From assembly GCF_036588685.1 (NCBI RefSeq), contig NC_086374.1:1426001-1490000 (forward strand): DNA of 64,000 bases. The letters are read 5' to 3'. The notes beneath the pieces are model-generated. The model searched no databases, was not told where the DNA came from, and saw only the letters and a program-made list of their open reading frames with translations. The position numbers were made by a program, and so were the translations under genes. The stretch's first letter is position 1. Each line of letters starts with the position of its first letter. Shown here one piece after another: positions 10,561 to 23,325 of this stretch. This DNA comes from Mytilus trossulus. Taxonomy: Eukaryota.

Positions 10561-12939
10561 ATGGAGATATCATAAGGGAGCAGGAGAGGAGACACTTTAT
10601 TGAAAAGGTTGAGGAAACAAAACTTCCTACCGATCGACCCGTGCACTATATCCCGCATCTATCCTTCCAAGGAATCATCTACTACGCCAATACGCATTGT
10701 TTATGATTGTAGCTGCAAAGATGGAAGAGATAATCCAAGTCTAAATGAATGCTTAGAATCACACCCACCTGTTATGAATGATATTACGGGAATACTTATG
10801 AGATTTCGCGCTAAGAAATATGCTACAACATCAGATTTAGAAAAGGCATTTCTACAAATACAGCTCGACGAGAAAGACCGAGATGCAACGAGGTTCTTAT
10901 GGCTTAGCGATCCTACAAACACATCAAGTCCGCTAATAACATATCGCTTCAAGTCCGTACTCTTCGGAGCTACATGTTCGCCATTCATTTTGAGCGCCAC
11001 ACTTCTCAAGCACTTTAAAGAAAATCCGGGGAAACTTTCAGATACACTTGAAAATGGGTTATATGTGGACAACATTTTAACTAGCTTTGATAACGAAAAT
11101 GACGTAATAGATTATTACAGGAGATCGAGAGAATTACTTATGAAAGGCGGATTCAACCTACGCTCATGGAATTCAAATAGTCCAAAATTACAAGAAATCG
11201 CTAGCAAAGAACAAACCTTAGACAAAGATGAGCTTACTAAAATTCTTGGTATGCAATGGAACGCTAAATCGGACAAGCTGTTTTATCAAAGTAACACGTT
11301 CGAGATGGACAAAAAAGGAAAACTGACTAAAAGATATATTTTACGGCAATCATCCAAGATTTTCGATCCGTTAGGACTATTAAGCCCAGTTACTGTAAAA
11401 GCGAAAATCTTTATGCAATCACTTTGGAAGCTAAATTTGGAGTGGGACGAAATATTACCGGAAGATATCCAATCAAAATGGATATTAATTTCACGAGATC
11501 TAGCATCGAGCTTAGAAACAGAGATTCATCGAAGTACTCAAACACAGAACGAGCATAACAGAAAATTACCAACTCTTCATGTATTTACCGATGCTTCAAC
11601 TCATGCGTACGGCGCATGCGCGTACATCTTGTATGACAGAAAACCAACAATAGTAATGGCAAAGAATCGAGTTGCGCCTATCAAGACTATAACTTTACCA
11701 AAACTAGAGCTTATGGGGGCTGTAATTGGAGCAAGACTTGCTGATCATATCTGCAAAAACTTTCCAGAAACTTTCAGTGAAATACAATTTTGGAGTGATA
11801 GTCAAATCGTACTTAGTTGGCTTTCATCCGTAAAACCACAGAGACAATTTATCAAAAACAGAATTGAAGAAATTAAAAGTTTGTGTGGAGATAATGTATG
11901 GAGATACTGCCCTACGAAAGACAATCCCGCAGATCTACTTACACGTGGTATAACATCTGAAGAACTGCAACAGAACGAAATATGGTTTAGTGGACCTAAA
12001 TGGTTAAACAGCAAAGAAGATTGGCCGACATGGAACGGAAACAATGTAACGTCTAGTGTATGTACAACAATATCGGAGAACGATGACAAAATTGAAACTA
12101 TGGAGAATAATCAAAATGTACGTATTGGTATAGGAGAAATCATAGATATCGAACGGTACAATTCTTATAGAAAACTAACCCGCATTACCGCATATGTAAT
12201 GAGATTCGCAACAAACTGCAAAGCAACAGAAACTGAACGAAAGAAAGATTTGTTACGTAGTGATGAAATTAAAAATGCAAAATTCCTATGAATAAGATAT
12301 ACACAAGGTAAAATATTTAGTGACAAAATAAATTGTATAGATAATTCTACAAAACGTAAAACACTTGTGCGACAATTAAAGCTCTTTCTAGACGAAAAGC
12401 AATTATTACGATGTGGTGGCCGCCGAATAGACAATGCGACAGTAGGAGAAACAGTCAAGTTTCCATATCTGTTACCGGCAAAGGACCGTCTCACACATTT
12501 GATAGTGTTAGAAGCACATGAGAATACACTACATTCAGGAATAAATATCACTCTAGCATACATACAACAAACATTTTGGATTCCGAAATTAAGACAGTGC
12601 GTCAAATCTATATTGATGAAATGTGTAACGTGCCGAAAAGTAATCGGAAAATCTTATCCCGCACCAGAAATTCCACCATTACCAAAAGAGAGAGTTCAAG
12701 ATGCCACACCCTTTAGCATCACCGGTGTAGACTTCACAGGTGCGTTAACGACAAGAAACAGACACAACGAAGAATCGAAGGTTTACATTTGCCTATTTAC
12801 ATGTGCTGTCACTCGAGCAGTACATTTGGAATTAGTTTACGATCTCAGCGAAGAATCTTTTTTATTGTGTTTCCGGAGATTTGTAAGTCGACGATCAGTG
12901 CCGAAAATTATGATGTCAGATAATGCGTTAACATTTAAA

Positions 12940-13477
12940 TATATATACCCATTAAATTTATATATCTCCCAATTGATACGATATTCCCGTGCTTGCATTT
13001 CCTATCATGATTTTCTTGATAGAGGGTTACTGCTCACAAGGAAGCTATTAAACCAAGAGTTCCAAATGGTGAAGTTGAAATCATCCCTTCGTAAATTTTA
13101 CGGACGCCATCACGAGTTGGTTGACCGTTATGGAATAACCGTTTCACAAATGATATCGGATATGTTCCTTACGTCGTAACTACAATCCCCTTCCCTTTCA
13201 TGAATTTGACCTACCGAATTAGACTATTTACCGGATTTGTAATCACATAAGCAACACGACGGGTGCCGCATGTGGCGCAGGATCTGCTTACCCTTCCGGA
13301 GCACCTGAGATCACCCCTAGTTTTTGGTGGGGTTCGTGTTGTTTATTCTTTAGTTTTCTATGTTGTGTCATGTGTACTATTGTTTTTCTGTTTGTCTTTT
13401 TCATTTTTAGCCATGGCGTTGTCAGTTTGTTTTAGATTTACGAGTTTGACTGTCCTTTTGGTGTCTTTCGTCCCTCT
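12940..13477 (+). mobile_element. 5'-truncated Penelope-like (probably Naiad-type) retroelement 3' end nested in BEL integrase
   Basis: Encodes YISQLIRYSRACISYHDFLDRGLLLTRKLLNQ (PLE-type RT thumb) plus 3' UTR. Flanked by TTTAAA at 12934-12939 and 13478-13483; removing it restores SDNALTFK-AASIEISRL. Confidence 0.85.
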
Positions 13478-14391
13478 TTTAAAGCTGCTTCAATCGAAAT
13501 TTCACGACTTTGCAATTCTAAAAAAGTTAAAGAAAATATTCAGAATTATGGCATTGAATGGAAATTCATTCCAAATAGAGCTCCATGGTTCGGGGGCATG
13601 TGGGAAAGAATGATTGGCTTAACAAAAACATCACTTAAGAAAGTATTAGGACGTGCACATGTTAACGACGAGACTCTAAGGACCGTATTAACAGAGATCG
13701 AAGCCACACTCAACGATCGACCAGTGACGTATATTTCAACAGATATCAGAGATCCGGAGCCGCTTACACCATCCCATCTTATACATGGACGAAGAATAAC
13801 AACTTTACCGTATGTATCGTCAAATAGTGCTATTGACAATCTAAATGTTTGTGAATTAACACACACAAACTTGAACAATCAAACGATACGACAGAGACAA
13901 TTGATTGAGAATTTCTGGACGAGATGGAAAGGAGAATACCTTACTTCATTGCGAGAATATCACCAAAGAGCTGGAGTCGACGTTCGGAAGATTAAAGAAG
14001 GCGATGTCGTTCAGATACACGACGAATCAAAGCGCGTACATTGGAAACTTGGAGTTGTGCAGGACACTATTAAAGGCAAGGACGGCTTAGTACGCGTCGC
14101 TATGGTGCGTACCAAATCAGGAATTACAAATCGACCCGTGACGAAACTCTACCCATTAGAAGTCAACAGCATGGACTATTATCTGAGACGAAGTGAACGA
14201 AGAAACTAACGTGTGTGAACAGACTTGTTAATTTTTCTTATTTGTGAAAAGACTGTAAATTCAAAGAGTTTTTTACGTAATTTAATAATTTAATCCTTTT
14301 TTCATTATTTGTGAGATCAATCTATTTTTGTTCTTTCCGCATGCCACTACATATCACAGCTAATGGACATTGCATCTGGTGGCCCCGAGTA

Positions 14392-14607
14392 TGTCGGTGA
14401 TTTAGAGACAGTTTAACTTACGCGTCAAACGTTAACACTACTTTTAACGCCGTTTTCCATTCACATTGTTAACGTCATCATTATCTTCTGTTAACGTTGT
14501 GCTATTGTTATGTATCATGTTGCTATATAGAGTTGAGATTATACGATCAAACGAACCAGACGTTGTTTTACTGCCTGTCTAGACTTTTAGTTAACCCATC
14601 CGTCACA
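14392..14607 (+). repeat. BEL/Pao 3' LTR
   Basis: Matches the 5' LTR; preceded by GGTGGCCCCGAGTA. Confidence 0.97.
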
Positions 14608-16285
14608 GGTAGGACATGTCAATAGGAATGGTATGACATATCAATAGGAATGGTATGACATATCAATAGGAATGGTATGACATATCAATAGGAATGGTAT
14701 GACATGTCAATAGGAATGGTATAACATATCAATAGCAATAGTATGACATGTCAATAGGAATGGTAGGAAATGTCAATAGCAATAGTAGGACATGTCAATA
14801 ACAATAGTATGACATATCAATAGGAATGGTAGAACATGTCAATAGGAATGGTAGAACATGTCAATAGGAATGGTAGGAAATGTCAATAGCAATAGAAAGA
14901 CATGTCAATAACAATAGTATGAAATATCAATAGGAATGGTAGAACATGTCAATAGGAATGGTAGAACATGTCAATAGCAATGGTAGAACATGTCAATAGC
15001 AATAGTATGGCATATCAATAGCAATGGTAGGACATGATATCAATAAGAATGGTAGGACATGATATCAATAAGAATGTTATGACATATCAATAGGAATGGT
15101 ATGACATATCAATAGCAATAGTATGACATGTCAATAGGAATGGTAGGAAATGTCAATAGCAATAGTAGGACATGTCGATAACAATAGTATGACATATCAA
15201 TAGGAATGGTAGGACATGATATCAATAGGAATGGTATGACATATCAGGTAGGACATGTCAATAGGAATGGTAGGAAATGTCAATAGCAATAGTATGACAT
15301 ATCAATAGCAATGGTAGGACATGTTAATAGGAATGGTATGACATATCAATAGGAATGGTAGGAAATGTTAATAGCAATAGTATGACATATCAATAGCAAT
15401 GGTAGAATATATCAATAGGAATAGTAGGACATATCAATAGGAATGGTAGGACATGTTAATAGGAATGGTATGACATATCAATAGGAATGGTAGGACATGT
15501 CAATAGGAATGGTAGGACATGTCAATAGGAATGGTAGGACATATCAATAGGAATGGTAGGACATGTCAATAGGAATGGTAGGACATGTCAATAGGAATGG
15601 TAGGACATATCAATAGCAATGGTAGGACATATCAATAGGAATGGTATGACATGTCAATAGGAATGGTAGGACATGTCAATAAGAATGGTAGGACATATCA
15701 ATAGGAATGGTATGACATGTCAATAGGAATGGTAGGACATGTCAATAGGAATGGTAGGACATATCAATAGGAATGGTAGAACATGTCAATATGAATGGTA
15801 TGACATATCAATAGGAATGGTATGACATGTCAATAGGAATGGTAGGACATGTCAATAGGAATGGTAGGACATATCAATAGGAATGGTAGGACATATCAAT
15901 AGCAATGGTAGGACATGTCAATAGGGATGGTAGGACATATCAATAGCAATGGTAGTACATGTCAATAGGAATGGTATGACATGTCAATAGGAATGGTATG
16001 ACATGTCAATAGGAATGGTAGGACATGTCAATAGCAATGGTAGTACATGTCAATAGCAATAGTATGACATATCAATAGGAATGGCAGGACATGTCAATAG
16101 GAATGGTAGAACATGTCAATAGGAATGGTAGGACATGTCAATAGGAATGGTAGAACATGTCAATAGGAATGGTATGACATATCAATAGGAATAGTAGGAC
16201 ATGTCAATATGAATGGTATGACATATCAATAGGAATGGTAGGACATATCAATAGGAATGGTATGACATATCAATAGGAATGGTAG
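14608..16285 (+). repeat. 22-bp satellite, block 2
   Basis: Same unit as block 1, ~76 copies. Confidence 0.97.
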
Positions 16286-19200
16286 TGTTATATCCGTCAT
16301 TGACTTCTTATTTAGTTACGCCACGCGTATGAATATGTTATTGTTAATTACACACATACTTGATTAAAGTAGTTCCTAAATGTAAACAATGGTTGCTTGA
16401 TGCTTTACATCTCCCCCTCGGCCAATACGTAACAACTGGCGACGAGAACGAACCACAGCAACAATGAACATTACACAATATGAAACAAACGTATAGACAT
16501 TGGTAAAATCGAAGCAAACACTGAACATTTGCATGAAAATAGCTAAATACCGAATTGATAAGCCCGATTCTTTGTTCGACTCCACGTGTGTTCCAAACAA
16601 AGGAATCTGCGGTACATCACATACATCATGGCAACATTTGGTTTGATAGGGAAAATTGACCCATTTGATGAAACAATTGAACCCTGGGACTCGTATGTTG
16701 AACGATTAGACCAATATTTTGTCGCAAATGAAATCGACGGAAACAAAAAGGTTCCTGCCCTACTTTGCCTGATAGGGGGGAAACTATACTCGTTGTTGAG
16801 GGACTTAACATTTCCGGACAAACCATCAGAGAAAACATTCGACGTATTAGTTAAGCTATTAAAGGATCATTTAGCTCCCAAACCGCTACAAGCATCAGAA
16901 CGATTCAGATTTGATAAAAGGGACCAAAAAGAGGGGGAATCAATACAAGATTATGTTGCACAATTACGAAAACTCTCACTGCATTGTGGTTTTAATGCAG
17001 ACCTCAAAGAAAAGTTAAGAGACAGGATAGTTTGTGGCCTTAAAAACCCGAACATTCAGAAAAGGTTATTGTCAGAAAAAGACTTGACATATGATAAAGC
17101 AGTAGATATTGGTGTGGCTATGGAGACCGCATCCAAAGATGCAACCGAATTACAAGCAAAACATAGAACTGAGGGGGTAAACAAAATGAGTGCAAGAAAA
17201 TGTAAATTTCAACCACAGCATAACAAAGGGAACTCTCGCTGTTACAGGTGTAACAACACAGGACACTCACCTTTCGATTGCAAATTCAAGAACGCAATCT
17301 GTCACAACTGTAACAAAACAGGCCACATAAAGAAAGCCTGCATGTCAAAATCTAATAAGAAACCTCAATCAAGAAAATTTGAAAACAAGAAATCCGTACA
17401 TGCTTTAGAGGAAGATTCTGATAGTGATAACTGCATCGCTAGTCTAGAAACATTTGAAATTAATAACGGTAAATCGTCAAAAGATGTCATGTGGTTAAAA
17501 CCTACGGTTGAAGGAGTAACGCTTAAAATGGAGCTCGACACTGGATCAGCAGTATCGGTCATATCACAGGCAGATTTTTCAAAGAGGCTAGGTCATGTTA
17601 AACTAGTCGAAGCTACAATTACATTACAAACTTACTCAGGAGAAAGTATAAAACCTTTAGGGTGTGCAAATGTCAAAGTCCATTATAAAGGAGAAACAAA
17701 TGTGTTGCCACTATATGTAGTACCTAAAGGAGGACCGCCTTTGTTCGGAAGGGAATGGCTAAAGCATATTAAACTTGACTGGAATGAAATTAGGGAGGTT
17801 CATGGTATAAATCAAAAGAAAACAGGGGAAGTAATTAAAGATTTACAAAATAAATACAAAGATGTATTTAAAGATGAACTAGGAACAATAAAGGGAATAA
17901 AAGCCAAATTGTCTCTAAAAGACAACAGCAGTCCAAAGTATATTAAAGCTAGAACTGTGCCGTTTTCTTTGCGTGAAAAAGTAGAAGCTGAATTGGACAG
18001 ATTAGAAAAAGAAGGAACATTGAATAAAGTTCAACACAGTGAATGGGCTACACCTATAGTTCCAGTATTAAAGAAAAATGGAAATGTAAGAATATGTGGA
18101 GATTTCAAGGTTACGTTAAATCCCATGTTAAATGTTGATCAATACCCGCTTCCAAAAATTGATGACATTTTTGCAAATTTGAATGGAGGAATACAATATA
18201 CAAAGATGGACTTAAAGCAAGCCTATTTACAACTTGAAGTAGATGAAGACTGTAAAGACTTGCTAACTATAAACACTCACCGTGGACTATACCGCTATAA
18301 CCGTATGGCGTTTGGAATTGCATCAGCTCCTGCAATATGGCAGAGAACTATTGAACAAATATTAAATGGAATTCCTGGAACTCAATGTTTATTGGATGAC
18401 ATGATAATTACAGGATCGACAGACGAAGAACATTTGAACAATTTAGAGTCTGTACTGAAAAGACTAAGTCAGTATGGACTAAAGGCTAATATAGACAAAT
18501 GTGAATTTTTTAAGGACAGTGTAACATGTTGTGGACATGTAATCGACAAACATGGACTCCACAAAACACCAGACAAAATTGAAGCAATAAGGAACGCTCC
18601 AGCACCGGAAAATGTGTCTCAGCTTAAGTCTATTTTAGGATTGATAAATTACTATGCCAAGTTTTTACCAGACCTATCAGCGACTTTAAGTCCTCTACAT
18701 AATCTTCTGCGTAAAGTTATAAAACATGGAGGTGGACAAAGGAATGCCAAGAGGCGTTCGACAAGGTGAAAGACTTAGTCACCTCAGATATGATATTGAC
18801 ACATTTTAATCCAGAGTTACCTGTCACTCTAGCATGTGACGCATCACCTTATGGTTTGGGTGCCGTCATATCTCATCGATATCCAAATGGATCAGACAGA
18901 CCGATAGCTTTCGCCTCTAGATCACTAGCACCAGCAGAGAAAAATTATTCACAAATAGACAAGGAAGCGTTAGGAATAATTTGGGGAATTAAGAAATTCC
19001 ATTCCTACCTATACGGGCGAAAATTCAAATTGATCACAGACCATCAGCCATTAATATATATATTCAACCCTCAGAAAGGAGTATCAGTTACAGCGTCAGC
19101 TCGTTTGCAAAGATATTCACTTTTCTTGTCAGGATATGAATATGAGATCGAATTCCGAGGAACTGCTAAACATGCAAACGCAGACTCGTTATCTAGACTT

Positions 19201-21062
19201 CCACTAAAAAGTACTGAAATAGACACTTCGTTGAAAATGGTGGAATCTTTCCATATTGCTCAAATGGAAGCAATTCCCGTTTCGAACAAACAAGTTCAGC
19301 AGGAAACAAGAAATTACCGTGTTTTGGGACTTATAACTACCTTCACACAGGATGGCTGGAACACTATTCACAAAGATGGTGAATATGCGCCATATTATTC
19401 TAGGCGAAATGAACTGACAGTACATCAGGGATGCCTTATGTGGGGCGTAAGAGTGATAATTCCTAATAAACTTCGTAGTCAGGTATTAGGACAGATCCAT
19501 GAAGGACATCTTGGTGTCGTTAAAATGAAAGCATTGGCCCGAAGTTTTGTTTGGTGGCCAGGAATCGACCAGGATATTGAAAAGTTGGCAAAAGCCTGTA
19601 ATGGATGTCAACCTAAATCAAAACTCCCCGAAAGGAGCACCGCTTAATGCGTGGGAATGGCCAAGCAAGCCATGGGACAGAGTTCATATTGATTTTGCAG
19701 GACCATTTTTAGGGTCTATGTTTCTTATCATGGTTGACGCACATTCAAAGTGGCCAGAAGTAATAAAAATGAAAAACATTACATCAGAAAGTACAATCAA
19801 TGTTTTGCGAACAATCTTCTCAAGGAACGGAATACCATCACGTATTGTGAGTGACAATGGACCACAATTTACATCACAGGAATTTGAAAATTTCATGCAA
19901 TTAAATGGTATTAAACACATCAGAAGTGCGCCATATCACCCATCGACAAATGGTTTTAAAAGCAGAACGTTTTGTGCAAACTTTTAAGCAAGCTATGAAA
20001 TCTAGTTCAAATGATTCAGGAACCGTTTCGAAAAAACTAGCACAGTTTTTGTTAGCATACCGCAACACTAAACACAGTACAACGAATGAAACGCCAGCAA
20101 AACTTATGATTGGAAGAGATTTGAAAACAAGGATGAATCTTTTAAGACCGAACATTGAAAACCAAGTTCAAACTAAACAGATGGAAATGTGTGACCGTAG
20201 AAAAACTTACCAACGTGAATTTAATGATGGACAATCAGTTGTAGTCCGTGATTACCGGAACAAAAATAAATGGACACCAGGGACGATATCAACGAAAACT
20301 GGACCTGTGTCGTATCAAGTACAAATCGATCCTACAACAATATGGAGAAGACATGCCGATCAAATTATCGATTCAAACATAACTAACACTGAACAATCAA
20401 TTTCAGAACAAACTACATTGGACAATCATATAAGTAGTGAACATGTCAACCCAACAGAAAATGAACACCGTCCACAAAAATCTGAAGAACACAAATCAAA
20501 TCAACCAACAACACCAGTAAAGCGTTATCCAACAAGGGAAAGGAAATCCAACAAGTTGAAAGATTTTATATATAATTGACGCACAGTGTTGTGGGCATAA
20601 TAATCCCACGTGCATCAGTTGAAACCTTTAGGGTTTCCGTATTTTTAGTGTAGTGTTAATTATATCTCGTAGTAAACGTAGTTAGTGAATTAGTGACTTA
20701 GAATAGACAAAACCGAACAGTATTCACATAAGACAGTATTCATTTTATTTTTCATAAGGTGCTATATGAACATTAATTAATACTCAGAACTATTAAAGAT
20801 ATAATCATAATATCAGACTTTTAAAGATAAAGAAGAACTGTTTTAATTTCTATTTCATTTATATATCTAGTCAATTTTAAAGTATTCACTTGAAAAAATC
20901 TAGGGAAGAGAAATGTTATATCCGTCATTGACTTCTTATTTAGTTACGCCACGCGTATGCATATGTTATTGTTAATTACACACATACTTGATTAAAGTAG
21001 TTCCTAAATGTAAACAATGGTTGCTTGATGCTTTACATCTCCCCCTCGGCCAATACGTAACA
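16286..21062 (+). mobile_element. Full-length Ty3/Gypsy LTR retrotransposon (Mag-like)
   Basis: 149-bp LTRs at 16286-16434 and 20914-21062 with one mismatch (GAATATG/GCATATG). TSD GGTAG at 16281-16285 and 21063-21067; PBS TGGCGACGAG (tRNA-Ser(GCU)-type 3' end) at 16437; PPT AGGGAAGAGAAA at 20902-20913. Confidence 0.97.
16628..20579 (+). pseudogene. Gypsy gag-pol (Gag with 2 CCHC, PR, RT, RNase H, IN) with three frameshifts
   Basis: MATFGLIGKIDPFD; CYRCNNTGHSPFDC and CHNCNKTGHIKKAC; LDTGSA; RICGDFK and LLDD; ACDASPYGLGAV; HEGHLG..C..C, HIDFAG, SDNG, AERFV. Frameshifts near 18720, 19615 and 19957. Confidence 0.93.
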
Positions 21063-22553
21063 GGTAGGAAATGTCAATAGGAATGGTAGGACATGTCAAT
21101 AGGAATGGTAGGACATATCAATAGGAATGGTATGACATATCAATAGGAATGGTAGGACATATCAATAGGAATGGTATGACATGTCAATAGGAATGGTATG
21201 ACATGTCAATAGGAATGGTATGACATATCAATAGGAATGGTAGGACATGTCAATAGGAATGGTAGAACATGTCAATAGGAATGGTATGACATATCAATAG
21301 GAATGGTAGAATATGTCAATATGAATGGTATGACATGTCAATAGGAATGGTAGGACATGTCAATAGGAATGGTAGGACATATCAATAGGAATGGTATGAC
21401 ATGTCAATAGGAATGGTATGACATGTCAATAGGAATGGTAGGACATATCAATAGGAATGGTATGACATGTCAATAGGAATGGTATGACATGTCAATAGGA
21501 ATGGTAGGACATATCAATAGGAATAGTAGGACATGTCAATAGGAATGGTATGACATGTCAATAGGAATGGTATGACATATCAATAGGAATGGTAGGACAT
21601 GTCAATAGGAATGGTAGGACATGTCAATAGGAATGGTAGGACATGTCAATAGGAATGGTAGGACATGTCAATAGGAATGGTAGGACATATCAATAGGAAT
21701 GGTATGACATGTCAATAGGAATGGTATGACATGTCAATAGGAATGGTATGACATATCAATAGGAATGGTAGGACATGTCAATAGGAATGGTAGAACATGT
21801 CAATAGGAATGGTAGGACATGTCAATAGGAATGGTAGAACATGTCAATAGGAATGGTATGACATATCAATAGGAATAGTAGGACATGTCAATATGAATGG
21901 TATGACATATCAATAGGAATGGTAGGACATATCAATAGGAATGGTATGACATATCAATAGGAATGGTAGAATATATCAATAGCAATGGTAGGACATGTCA
22001 ATAGGAATGGTATGACATATCAATAGGAATGGTAGAATATGTCAATATCAATGGTAGAATATATCAATAGCAATGGTAGGATATGTCAATATGAATGGTA
22101 TGACATATCAATAGCAATGGTAGGACATGTCAATAGGAATGGTATGACATATCAATAGGAATGGTAGAATATATCAATAGCAATGGTAGGACATGTCAAT
22201 AGGAATGGTATGACATATCAATAGGAATGGTAGAATATGTCAATAGCAATGGTAGAATATATCAATAGCAATGGTAGGACATGTCAATATGAATTGTATG
22301 ACATATCAATAGCAATGGTAGGACATGTCAATATGAATGGTATGACATATCAATAGGAATGGTAGGACATATCAATAGCAATGGTAGGACATGTCAATAG
22401 GAATGGTATGACATATCAATAGGAATGGTAGAATATATCAATAGCAATGGTAGGACATGTCAATATGAATGGTATGACATATCAATAGCAATGGTAGGAC
22501 ATGTCAATATGAATGGTATGACATGTCAATAGGAATGGTAGGAAATGTCAATA
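21063..22553 (+). repeat. 22-bp satellite, block 3
   Basis: Same unit, ~68 copies; ends ~180 bp before the exon at 22737. Confidence 0.97.
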
Positions 22554-23325
22554 TTTGCTTGACCTTCAGAATATTTCATACTTAAATTTACTGCTTATTG
22601 AGAGACTTCGTTGATTCATACTTAAGCATTAAATGTCCACACCCAGATTGTTAAAAGAAGAAGAAAGAAGTATATTTTAGAGCAATCAATAGTAGACTTG
22701 ATAAAATTAAAACTTCTTTTTTATTTATATTTTCAGATGACTAAGAGCGTACTCTGTGTAGAGGCAAAATGTCCTAGCCATAGTGAACTCCTGTTGAAGT
22801 ATGTAGTTATTGTTAACATTATCACTCAAACAAACAGTGATTATATTGCTTCTTTTGTAGTTTTATTTAGAATGTAAAATCGTTGAAAAGACTTAGCTGT
22901 AAAGTGCAATTTTTCAACACTTTACAACCCTATAAAACTTCAAAATCTGGGAAAATATGCAACGATTAACTAACGTTTTAAAGGGTAAAAAAGGGGGGGG
23001 GGGTTACCTTGATCTCATTATCGAGTGTTAAAACTATTTTTTTCTATAGTGTGTTCGCTCTTCCTTCTTTAATTATTTTTTACAAAATGTTTCTGTGAAT
23101 GCGTTATTTATCCAACAGCACCTATCATTCCTCTGTTATTTAAATGTTTTAACTATTTCAGTTTCTCGCCATGGCAATGGTTCAGTCCAAACGTAAGTAA
23201 AATCCAGACAAACTGCCACTTACCAGCAGACACGTGTGATGAAGATGCCACCTTTGGACCAACAGTAACCACTTCCACTTATATGACTACAGATGAACCG
23301 ATGACATCCACTGTGCCAACACAAA

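Larger units (their letters stand above)
7945..14209 (+). pseudogene. BEL/Pao gag-pol polyprotein, disrupted
   Basis: Starts MTKKKAIRVGHRG. Frameshift at ~8422 (LPY-FNGN), insertion 10156-10560, frameshift at ~10660, TGA at 12289-12291, insertion 12940-13477; ends RPVTKLYPLEV... Confidence 0.93.
7705..14607 (+). mobile_element. Full-length BEL/Pao LTR retrotransposon, inactivated, with two nested insertions
   Basis: 216-bp TG..CA LTRs at 7705-7920 and 14392-14607, identical by eye. TSD GGTAG at 7700-7704 and 14608-14612; PBS TGGTGCTGCGACC at 7922; DUF1759-type Gag, three zinc knuckles, protease LLDEGAQ, RT YVDN, RNase H FTDAS, integrase GVDFTG/SDNA/WERMI. Confidence 0.97.

Noticed and set aside
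12289-12291. In-frame TGA as selenocysteine or readthrough
   Set aside because: The position fits a TGG(Trp)-to-TGA mutation, and I could not identify a convincing SECIS, including in the nested Penelope-like tail.
7881-12605. Antisense ORFs inside the BEL element (similar ones occur in the Gypsy and LINE)
   Set aside because: Shadow frames of long coding regions with no independent motifs.
13263-13613. 116-aa hydrophobic ORF (MPHVAQDLLTLPEHLRSP...)
   Set aside because: Spurious frame in the T-rich 3' UTR of the Penelope-like repeat.
5670-22553. Satellite as a CRISPR-like array or coding repeat
   Set aside because: No unique spacers, and the 22-nt period brings TAG/TGA stops into every frame on both strands.
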